A stretch of 64,000 nt of DNA, taken from contig OZ024740.1 in NCBI GenBank assembly GCA_964016885.1, positions 370,326,001-370,390,000 on the forward strand. The letters run 5' to 3'. Every line of letters begins with the position of its first letter. Positions within the stretch are counted from its first letter, which is position 1. Below are positions 14,407 to 25,964 of the stretch, in pieces. Below the pieces are notes generated by a model. The model saw only the letters and a list, made by a program, of their open reading frames with translations, did no database searches and was not told the DNA's origin. The translations under genes were made by a program, and so were the position numbers. Source of the stretch: Eledone cirrhosa. Taxonomy: Eukaryota.

Positions 14407-14528
14407 TATATATGTATTCAAAGTTACATTTTAAACTTAGCTCCGTTTAAATGGTTATTTATCTAATCAATTTCTACCAACTAAGAATATAAATTAGATA
14501 AACTTTATCTGACTGTTCTTCAAAATTG

Positions 14529-14613
<85 letters not shown>

Positions 14614-14659
14614 GTGTGCTGTGTGCGTTTGTGTGTAAGTATGTATGTGTGTATGTATG

Positions 14660-14716
<57 letters not shown>

Positions 14717-14738
14717 CATGTATATACATATATATGTA

Positions 14739-15348
14739 TGTCAGGTCGCCAGTTGGTGCTACTGGTAACATGTATCCCAGTACAACCGTCTCATGGTCGG
14801 GTCGTTGGCGACTAAACTGGCAACCCCACCAAGGTTTCTTGGTGAGGAGGGTGACTTTGGACATCCTGCAGGACTAAAAACAAAACCTGTCAAAGGCAAA
14901 AGGAGCTCTTAAGAGTCAATGGCCATCCAAAATCACCGGGAGAGATGACCCCTTAGCCTTTGTCAAGGCAGAATTCTAGGAGAAGGAAAACTCTGATAAA
15001 ACACCTGCAACCCTGATGATATCCAATGATGTTGACTTCTTCTGCTTTTTGGTAAATATCATCACGGTTAAGAGAGTGGGACTGGCTTTGAGCAATGCCT
15101 TCGCTCACTATAAAAGCTTCACGGCACAGGCATTGCTTTATATCTGGAGATCTCTCTGCACTTGTTGTCACATGGTACCATGGACCCAGCACTGTGTGTC
15201 AATAATTGTCACAAGTGTAGTGTTTGTACCAGAGTTTTCAAGTCGCTGGCTGGACTAGAAAGTCACACTCGTTCAGCGCATCGGTAGGGGTTCTCCTACA
15301 TGGGTATAAAGTAGTTGCCGTAGTCGAAAACGAGTTGGCAGCCACCAT
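14739..15348 (+). mobile_element. Bipartite non-autonomous RTE derivative (5'UTR plus C-terminal zinc finger and 3' tail)
   Basis: ctaggagaaggaaaactctga resembles RTE 5'UTRs. 15207-15287 encodes [26 protein letters not shown] (C2H2). A second copy is at 24487. Confidence 0.7.
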
Positions 15349-15645
15349 ATGTATGTATATATATATATGTATATGTATGTATATATATATATATGTATGT
15401 ATATATATATATATATATGTATATGTATGTATATATATATATATATGTATGTATATATATATATGTATGTATATATATATATATATGTATGTATATATAT
15501 ATATATATGTATGTATGTATATATATATACACATATGTACATATATATATATATGTATGTATATATGTATGTATATATGTATGTATGTATATGTATATAT
15601 CTATGTATGTATGTATGTATATATATGCTTGTATATATATATATG

Positions 15646-15708
<63 letters not shown>

Positions 15709-16050
15709 GTATATATATATAGGAACGAGTAGGACCCCGACGGCTGAGCTCAAGCCGTTTCGACGGCTAATTCTGAGAATTAGCCGTCGAAACGGCTTGA
15801 GCTCAGGCGTCGGGGTCCTACTCGTTAATATTACCCACTCTACTACCCTAAGTATTGAGTACTTTGGTGCGTTATGGTCCACCTGGTTCCGTACCACATT
15901 TCCTTCGTTATATATATATATATATATGTATATATATGTATATATATATATGTATGTATATATATATATATGTATGTATATATATCTATATATATGTATG
16001 TATATATATATATATATATATGTATGTCTATATATATATATGTATGTGTG

Positions 16051-16101
<51 letters not shown>

Positions 16102-16246
16102 ATATATATATATATATGTATGTGTATATATATATATATATATATATGTATGAGTATATATATATATATATGTATGTGTATATATATATATATATGTATG
16201 TGTATATATATATATATATATATGTATGTGTATATAGATATATATG

Positions 16247-16330
<84 letters not shown>

Positions 16331-16454
16331 GTATGTATATATATATATATGTATGTATATATATATGTATGCATATATATGTATGTATATGTATATATGT
16401 ATGTATATATATATATGTATGTATATATATATATATATATGTATATGTATGTAT

Positions 16455-16486
<32 letters not shown>

Positions 16487-16855
16487 GTATGTATATATAT
16501 ATGTATGTGTATCTATATGTAAATGTATGTATATATATATATATGTATTTATTTATATATGTATGTGTATATATGTATTTATGTATATATATATATGTAT
16601 GTATATATATATGTATGTATGTGTATATATATGTATGTATATATATATATGTATATATATGTATGTATATATATATATATATATGTGTATGTATATATAT
16701 ATATGAATGTATGTATATATATATGAATGTATGTATAGATATGTATATGTATGTATATATGTATATATGTATTTATGTATATGTATATGTATGTATATAT
16801 ATATGTATGTATATATATATATATGTATGTATATATATATATATATGTATGTATG

Positions 16856-16896
<41 letters not shown>

Positions 16897-16909
16897 ATCT
16901 ATATATATG
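15349..16909. repeat. Mosaic (TA)n/(TATG)n/(TATATG)n satellite
   Basis: Directly visible. Interrupted by the 15721-15910 element. Confidence 0.97.
15721..15910 (+). mobile_element. Foldback element: 51-bp-arm palindrome centred at 15775 plus unique tail; hammerhead 3' half
   Basis: Arms 15724-15774 and 15776-15826. GAAA at 15789, stem III, GTC at 15809. A second copy is at 50271. Confidence 0.8.
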
Positions 16910-19502
16910 TTATCTCTTTCTCTTAATTTCGAGTATATTTTTTTTGACCGGCCACCTTCCTGGTGGCAAGGTTGTAAAAGAAAAGAAATTGTCATCCCTT
17001 GAATCGCAAGAATGTTTTGCAAATTTTGAAGGTGCCAGCTATCGCAGCCATTTGTAGACTATGAATTAGGGAGCTTGGCTTTTTGTCCGCAAATCCAAGT
17101 TGAGTCATACTTTGGTCCAAGCGGGTTGGTATATAACCCGTAGCTCCAATAATGATGGGTATGAAGCTAAATGCGTATCTTGGATACTGGATTTGTAAAC
17201 CCCTCATAAATGGTCCGTAGATGTCCTCCTTCTCCTGTATTTTTCTGACAACGTTTTCATCAAGTGGGCAGCAGATCTCCACAACAGAACACGTTTTCAA
17301 TGTGTGGTCCCAAACAACAACATCAGGCCGGTTGTGCTTTAATTTGGTGGCAGTTTTTATTTTCAGGTTCCACCAGTATTCCTTAGTGCCATCTGTCTCA
17401 ATATATTCTTCCTCGTTTGTTGTTAATGTTGTTTTACGAAGTGTGTTCCAGATGGTTCTAGCTATCCCATCGTGTCTCATGGGGAGGTAGTAGCGAGATG
17501 ACATTCTTTCGCAGCTGGCAACAATGTGGCTTACATCCTCGATCTTTGTTTTACATAGCCTACATTTATTGTCAGCTGCTGGCCCTCCTCTTTTGTGCAG
17601 CAGATATTTGGTAGGGAGTTCTTGTTCCTGTATTGCATAGAGATATCCTTCAAGGTGTTATGTCATAAACCTGTCGGAACTCCATGCCAGGCTTTTTGAG
17701 TGGTTTATCCCCTATATGGTCTGTGTTTTACGCCTAAAGTATCCATGCACAACTTTTTCTGTAAATTGGTCAATTTTTTTATCTTGTTTGAACATTGTAT
17801 AGGATCTTCCGATTTCTCTGGGTGAGAGATTTATATTAGGCTTTATTCCATATCTCTCCTCCAGATCAGTCGCTATTCTAATGATATTTTTTTTTCATGC
17901 TCATAAACCTGGGCAAGATGGTTGCCAACCTTTTTCCTCTGTTGAAGGTGTTGCTTCTGTGTTAATATCCGGGTCTCATATGTTGTTAATATTGAATTTA
18001 GACCCCGGCCACCTTCCTTGCGTGAGAAGTATAGCCTATCCACATCACCATTGATGTTAAAGTTCCCAGTAACACTGAGAAGTTTTCGAGTTCTAACATC
18101 CATCTCACTTAGTTCTTGCAATGACCAGTTCAGCAGGCCAAATGTTGGCGTTAGAATTGGCACAGCATAAGTATTGTGGGCAATGTATTTGTTGTATGCT
18201 GACAATTCTGATGACCATATTTTCTTTACTCTTCTGAGGTATTCAGTTCTGGTTCTCTCCTTATTTATGGGTCCATCATATCTGACATTCTCATCCTGTC
18301 CAAGATATCTGTAGTTGTTATCTGACTGTAGAGGTTATATTGTCAGGCCGTTCTTCTCTAGATTTCTAGAGGAGGGCACAGCTCTTCCACGTTTTACTGC
18401 CAAATATGCACACTTGGACTCACCAAATTTCATTTTGATGTCGGTTGAAAGTTGTGTAATGAGGTCCAATTGTTTCTTGAATTCATTGATATTTGGCCCA
18501 TACAACTTCAGGTCATCAACAAAGAAAAGATGGGAGATACTTTTGGGCCCACTTCTTTGTCCACCTTGTTTCCTGAGTAGGTAAGATAGTGGATTCAGTG
18601 AGAGAACGAAGAGTAGCACTGGCAAGCTATCACTCTGAAAGATGCCCTTCTGGTAATGTATCTTATCAGTCTTAACTTGCTCCTTCTCACCTCTAAGGAT
18701 CAAATTGGTGTACCAGTTCTTGGTCAGGCGTTCAACAGCAGCTACCAATTGTTGTGGGACTTTAGCTAACTGTAAAGCCTTAATAATCCACCCATGAGGT
18801 AGCACAGTGATCCTGTAAGAACAGGTTAAGGCACCCAGTATATAATTTATACATGATGTTTTGGCAGGCTATTGGACGGTAATCTTTAGCAAGGGTGGTT
18901 TGGCTATTTTGGGGAATGAGGAGGGTAGTGGCAGTCGATATCAATCTGGGCACTTCTTGTGTGCCTTTAATGGTTTCTGTAAACAGCCGTATGAGATCTT
19001 GCCGATAGAAAGTGAAATTCTTCAACCAGTATCCTATAATGAGGTCTGGGCCTGGCGATTTCCTATTCGACATTTGCTGTAGAGCTGTTTCCAGTATTGA
19101 CCCATCTATGTCATATTGTTTTGTCTGGACATGTTGGCAGTAGTCCTATTCCAGTTCTTTTAGCCAATTAGTTTGTCTGTTGAATCCGTCATCCGTTTCC
19201 CATACAGATCTCTAGTAGCTCTCAACCTGTTCTTTTGAAGGGGTGTCGTTTACAGGGATTGAGCTTTTGCCACCGAAGCTGCGATAAACTGATTTAGGAT
19301 CTCTGGCAAACAATCTATTTAGCACTTGTCATTTATGTGCTGTTGACTTATATTTTAGTATTTCTGTTGTAGCTGTGAGTTGTTGTTTCAACTGGTGTAA
19401 TTTGGAGTTCAAAGTTTTAAATTTTGTATCTCCAAATCGTCTCTCTAACTTTTTTTTAGGTCTTCCTGGTGTCGTGTGAAGTTGCTCTCTATGTTGCATT
19501 TC
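16910..19502 (-). mobile_element. 5'-truncated, frameshifted R4/Dong-clade LINE (RT plus RLE endonuclease), lineage A
   Basis: KSPGPD, YRPIAC, GIFQSDSL, FFVDDLK, RKEGGRGL, RHD, HNRPD..VEICCP..KEDIY motifs in ORFs 16992-19073. Confidence 0.93.
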
Positions 19503-19531
19503 ATATGTATGTATGTATATATATATATATG

Positions 19532-19618
<87 letters not shown>

Positions 19619-19647
19619 ATGTATGTATATATATGTATATATATATG

Positions 19648-19693
<46 letters not shown>

Positions 19694-19986
19694 TATGTAT
19701 GTATGTATATATATATATACATATATGTATGTATGTATGTATATATATATATATGTGTATGTATGTATATATATATAAATATATATGTATGTATGTATGT
19801 ATATATGTATATGTGTAGGTATGTATATATATATATAAATATATATACATGTATGTATATATATATGTATGTAATTTATATATATGTATGTATGTATGTA
19901 TATATATGTATGTATGTATGTATCTATGTATATATATGTATGCATGTATATATATGTATGTATGTATGTATATATATATGTGTATG

Positions 19987-20023
<37 letters not shown>

Positions 20024-20744
20024 GTGTATATATATGTATGTATGTATATATATGTATGTATGTATATATATGTATGTATGTATATATATATATATATATG
20101 TATGTATATATATGTATATATATATGTATGTGTATATATATATATATATGTATATGTATATATATGTGTATATGTATGTATATATATCTGTATGTATATG
20201 TATATGTATATGTATGTATATATATGTATATGTATGTATATATATTTGTATGTATATATATATGTATGTATATGTATGTATATATATGTATATGTATGTA
20301 TATATATGTGTATGTATATATATATATATATATATGTATGTATATGTATGTATATGTATGTATATATATATGTATGTATATGTATGTATATGTATGTATA
20401 TATATGTATATGTATATGTATATATATATATGTGTGTATGTATATGTATATATATATGTATATGTATGTATATATATATATGTGTATGTATATGTATGTA
20501 TATATATATATGTATATGTATGTATATATATGTATATGTATATATATATATATGTATGTATATATATATATGTGTATGTATATATATGTATGTATATGTA
20601 TATATATATATATGTGTTTGTATATATATGTATGCATATATATATGTGTGTATGTATATATATATGTATGTATATATATATATATATATGTATGTATATA
20701 TATATATGTATATATATATGTATTTGTATATATATATATGTATG

Positions 20745-20775
<31 letters not shown>

Positions 20776-21036
20776 GTATATATATATATATGTATATATA
20801 TATATGTATGTGTATATATATATATGTATGTATATATATATATGTATGTGTATATTTATATATATATGTATGTGTATATATATATATATATGTATGTATA
20901 TATATATATATATATAGGTATGTGTATATATATATGTATGTATATATATATATATATATGTATGTATATACATATATGTATGTATATATATATATATGTA
21001 TGTATATATATATACGTATGAATATATATATATATG

Positions 21037-21075
<39 letters not shown>

Positions 21076-21184
21076 ATATATATATATGTATGTATATATA
21101 TATGTATATATATATATATGTATGTATATATATATATATATATGTATGTATATATAAATATATATGTATGTATATATATATACG

Positions 21185-21233
<49 letters not shown>

Positions 21234-21346
21234 GTATGTATATATATATATATATGTATATATATATAAATATATATGTATGTATATATATATACGTATA
21301 TATATATATGTATATATATATATGTATGTATATATATATGTATGTA

Positions 21347-21381
<35 letters not shown>

Positions 21382-21400
21382 CTGTATGTATATATATATG

Positions 21401-21432
<32 letters not shown>

Positions 21433-21579
21433 TATATATATGTATGTATGTATGTATATATATGTATGTATGTATGTGTATATATATATATATATATGTA
21501 TGTATATATATATATGTATGTATATATATATGCATCTGTGAATATATATGTATGTATATATATATATATGTATATATAT
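19503..21579. repeat. 2-kb mosaic (TA)n/(TATG)n/(TATATG)n satellite
   Basis: Directly visible. Source of the long YI/CM-rich pseudo-ORFs. Confidence 0.97.
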
Positions 21580-21616
21580 ACAATTAACAACAAAGAGCGC
21601 TTAGAAAATAGGTATA

Positions 21617-21676
21617 TCTTTAATTGCTAATAGTGTTTCGTCCACACTAGAAGTGGGACTCTTCAGAGCATAAAGA
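21617..21676 (-). ncRNA. Type I hammerhead ribozyme (stem III G>A variant)
   Basis: tcttta-tgct-CTGAAGA-gtcccac ttcta gtgtggac-GAAA-cacta-TT-agca-at-taaaga. Confidence 0.65.
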
Positions 21677-22487
21677 GTAAATACAAAGTATACAAGCATT
21701 GACAAAGCCAAAACAGAAGAATATATGTGGGAATACCATAAGTTGGGAGGAGTTTAAAGAGTAAAGTAAAAGGAGTAACATAAGAAAAGAGTAAAATAAA
21801 AATAAAAATAAAAATAAAAATAAAAATAAAAATAAAAATAAAAATAAAAATAAAAATAAAAATAAAAATAAAAATAAAAATAAAAATAAAAATAAAAATA
21901 AAAATAAAAATAAAAATGTTATCACTCACAGTTGGGCAAGGTTCGGTTAACATACAGCTACATACAAGTATACGCATAAGCATGAGCACCCGCATGCACC
22001 TACACACAAGCACCCGTATGCAACACATACAGTATACACTAATACAAATAACATATCATAGACGGATGGGCACAAGTTAAGAGATAGAGATAGATAAAAA
22101 ATAGATAAGAGATAGATAAAAAATAGATAAAAAATAGATAAAAAATAGATAAGAAATAGATAAGAAATAGATTAAAAAAATAGATAAAAAATAGATAAAA
22201 AATAGATAAAAGATAAAAAGTAAAAGATAAAGAATAAAATAAAATAAAATAAAATAAAATAAAGTAAAGTAAAATAAAATATACACCAGAAGATAAATAA
22301 AACAATACACCAAAAAAAATGGAGTAAAATATACACCATAAAGGAAGGTGTGGGTAAAGATAAGACTGGCAAATGCATAAGCTATCAAGCTATGTTCAAC
22401 AAGTGATATACGTACAACATATAAAATACACAAAAATATATACAAAAATATATATAAAAAATATATATAAAAGAGACATATATATAA

Positions 22488-22527
<40 letters not shown>

Positions 22528-24166
22528 CAGTCCAAGTAATGTATATTTATAAAAATGTAACTGGGGGTAAAAAGATGTAATAAGGGTAATCAAGATGGTA
22601 ATTATTAGGGCATGTAATAATAATATTATTATAGAAATCCTAAGGTGACACTAGTGTTGACTCATGCTGATATATGGAATATATCAGGAGCACACGAACG
22701 CCTTAGGTGTTGTAGTTAGCCGCAGTTCAACAATAGAGTGTTCAAATGAGATTTTTTATGAGATTTTTTATGAACAGATGCTATGTCCGCACTAGATTGA
22801 GTGGACCATTACAATGCAATGGAAACATCCCAGGATGGACAGTCCCAAAAGTTCACACTCCAAAGTTCAATCCCCAGGTGTGCATTCATAGAGTTGAGCC
22901 GTTGGGCAATCCCAAAAAGTTCACACTCCAAAGTTCAATACACAGATGTGCATTCATAGAGTTGAGCACTCAGGCAAGAATCAATTGGTTAACAAGGTGT
23001 ATCCGTATCACAAGCAGGAGCATATGCTGGGAAGGTTGCAGGCAAATTCATATACAGCAGCACGAACATCAAGAGGCAAATAACTGAGGCGCATATTAGT
23101 GAGCAGAAGCAGGCAAGTGCAGGTGGTAAAACACAGTCAGGTGAAGCAGGTTATTATGCATACCATTTAATATAAGAAAACTCAACAACGTTCACAACAA
23201 ATAGCTTCCAAAGCCGATAACCACAAAATCACAGCATTGAGCAACAATCCGGCATCGCAAGAATGTACGCAACATTAGGGTTAGTCCAGAGACAGTATAT
23301 GTATACTTATACATACACACATGCACACAGACATGTATATACAGAGACAGTATACATACACATATATACAGAGACAGTATATATATATATACACATACAC
23401 GTATATACACATAAATATATACATACACACACACACACACCGCACCGGACACCCAAATCTACGCGGATATATTACACAAAATATCTTACCCAGCTAACAA
23501 AAGTCAAAAACCCATAACAGTTGCTCTCACTGGTCGCAGATAATGTAGTTTCACAGTAAATTAGCCAGAGTAATCACGATTAATATTCAAAATAAAACCT
23601 TATGAGGAGATGCGTATTCACACGTGTAGTCACCAGATTCAAGTATAAACAAACCGTTAATAAATACGGAAGGCTATCGGGGCCAAAACGTTATTCTTGG
23701 GAGAGTTATTCTTTGGCATAGTTGGTCTGCCATAGATTGACGCTCTGTGTTATTAGTGTATACTGTATGTGTTGCATACGGGTGCTTGTGTGTAGGTGCA
23801 TGCGGGTGCTCATGCTTATGCGTATACTTGTATGTAGCTGTATGTTAACAGAACCTTGCCCAACTGTGAGTGATAACATTTTTATTTTTATTTTTATTTT
23901 TATTTTTATTTTTATTTTTATTTTTATTTTTATTTTTATTTTTATTTTTATTTTTATTTTTATTTTTATTTTTATTTTTATTTTTATTTTTATTTTTATT
24001 TTTATTTTTATTTTTATTTTTATTTTTATTTTTATTTTTATTTTTATTTTACTCTTTTCTTATTTTACTCCTTTTACTTTACTTTTTAAACTCCTCCCAA
24101 CTTATGGTATCCCCACATATATTCTTCTGTTTTGGCTTTGTCAATGCTTGTATACTTTGTATTTAC

Positions 24167-24226
24167 TCTTTATGCTCTGAAGAGTCCCACTTCTAGTGTG
24201 GACGAAACACTGTTAGCAATTAAAGA
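24167..24226 (+). ncRNA. Type I hammerhead ribozyme
   Basis: tcttta-tgct-CTGAAGA-gtcccac ttcta gtgtggac-GAAA-cactg-TT-agca-at-taaaga: bulged stem I, 7-bp stem II with G-C closing pair, minimal quasi-palindromic stem III. Confidence 0.78.
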
Positions 24227-24486
24227 TATACATATGTTCTAAGCGTTCTTTGTTGTTAATTGTATTACGGCTCTGTCCTCTGACATTGAGCTAACCATAT
24301 ACTGCCTATTTGATAAGTGGAGTGTTACACACTCCCTATTCTCTCCCTTATATATGTATATATATATATATGTATATATATATATGTATGTATGTATGTA
24401 TATATATGTATGTATGTATGTATATATATATATGTATGTATATATATATATGTATGTATATATATATATATATGTTTGTATGGTCA

Positions 24487-24970
24487 TGTCAGGTCACCAG
24501 TTGGTGCTACTGGTAACATGTATCCCAGTACAACCTGTCCTATGGTCGGGTTATTGGCGACTAAACTGCAACCCTACCAATGTTTCTTGGGGAGGAGGGT
24601 GACTTTGGACATCCTGCAGGACTAAAAACAAAATCTGTCAAAGGGCAAAGAGCTCTTAAGAGTCAATGGCCGTCCAAAATAACCGGGAGAGATGACCCCA
24701 TAGCCTTTGTCAAGGCAGAATTCTAGGAGAAGGAAAACTCTGCTGTAACACCTGCAACCCTGATGGTATCCAATGATGTTGACTTGTTCTTCTTTTTGGT
24801 AAATATCATCTTGGTTAAGAGAGTGGGACTGGCTTTGTGCAGTGCTTTTGTTCACTATGAAAGCTTCACGGCACAGGCATTGCTTTATATCTGGAGATCT
24901 CTCTGCACTTGTCGTCACATGGTACCATGGACCCAGAACTATGTGTCAATAATTGTCACAAGTGTAGTGT
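24487..24970 (+). mobile_element. Second, 3'-truncated copy of the bipartite RTE derivative
   Basis: Alignable along its whole length to 14739-15223. Confidence 0.8.
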
Positions 24971-25033
24971 ATATATATATATAAAAATATATAAATATAT
25001 ATATATGAGTGTGTGTGTGTGTGTGTGTGTGTA

Positions 25034-25068
<35 letters not shown>

Positions 25069-25422
25069 GTATGAGTGTTTATACGTAAATATAATGACCA
25101 TTAAAACTATAATAGAAACACATACGTAGCACGTATTAACTCATTCGAGAATGATAAAATCCACATAAATTAAAATAATTGTTTTTACTTTCACTATATA
25201 TTAGGTGGTACGTTGTCAGACTATTCTCTCAATAGGGCAATAAAACAAACAAAGTGTTCGACTAAGTATAAAAAAATGAAAATTTGAATCTGACTCAAGT
25301 GTGCATATATATGAAAATATAAATATATAAACAGACACATACGCATACATACACATGCACACCATACACATATATGTGTCCGCGTGCGTGTCTGTGTCTG
25401 AGTGCAGGATGTATATATGTGT

Positions 25423-25455
<33 letters not shown>

Positions 25456-25462
25456 GATACAA

Positions 25463-25581
<119 letters not shown>

Positions 25582-25700
25582 CAAAGGGATATCTAATTTG
25601 TTGGTAATTCAACAAATATATATATTTATACAATCCATGTGAAACTTGAACCGATAAGGTCTCATTCCTGGATATGTCACTATTTATAAAACAAACTTTG

Positions 25701-25756
25701 TATTTTATCTGATGAGTGCGTGCCACAGTTTTGGTACCCTTGAAATTCATATAATA
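25701..25756 (+). ncRNA. Decayed hammerhead motif in a pseudo-LTR fragment (~25580-25816)
   Basis: CTGATGA-gtgc gtgcca cagttt tggtac cctt-GAAA-ttca-TA. Stems I and III are imperfect. Confidence 0.45.
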
Positions 25757-25821
25757 GTTTCCATTTATTAATATCTATATATATATATAATGATATTAAT
25801 AAATGGAAACTATTATGTGCA

Positions 25822-25964
25822 GTATGAGCAGTTATTAAATGCAGAACTTTTAGAATGTTTTACATATTTTTACTGTTCCATTAATGGATTGTAATTGTAA
25901 TTTCCTAACTAGTCGGCTTCTTCTGTTTCTGTGAAGCCCAACTTCTCGAGATTTTTATTGAGGC
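25822..25964 (-). mobile_element. R4/Dong lineage A 3'-end fragment
   Basis: Reverse complement of ~34665-34808. Confidence 0.85.

Larger units (their letters stand above)
21580..24350. mobile_element. Penelope-type inverted pseudo-LTR pair (21580-22045 / 23751-24264) with (ATTTTT)n and hammerheads, ~1.7-kb spacer
   Basis: The arms are reverse complements. The right arm has ~85 bp of extra tail. Both ends abut TA/TATG satellite. Confidence 0.8.

Noticed and set aside
14744-14850. HDV-like or twister ribozyme at the RTE-derived 5' end
   Set aside because: A 7-bp P1 with G-U can be drawn (ggtcgcc/ggcgact), but no P3/L3/P1.1 or twister core fits.
19445-21583. 712-aa and other long YI/HT/CV-rich ORFs
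   Set aside because: They are translations of stop-free microsatellite, with no coding signal.
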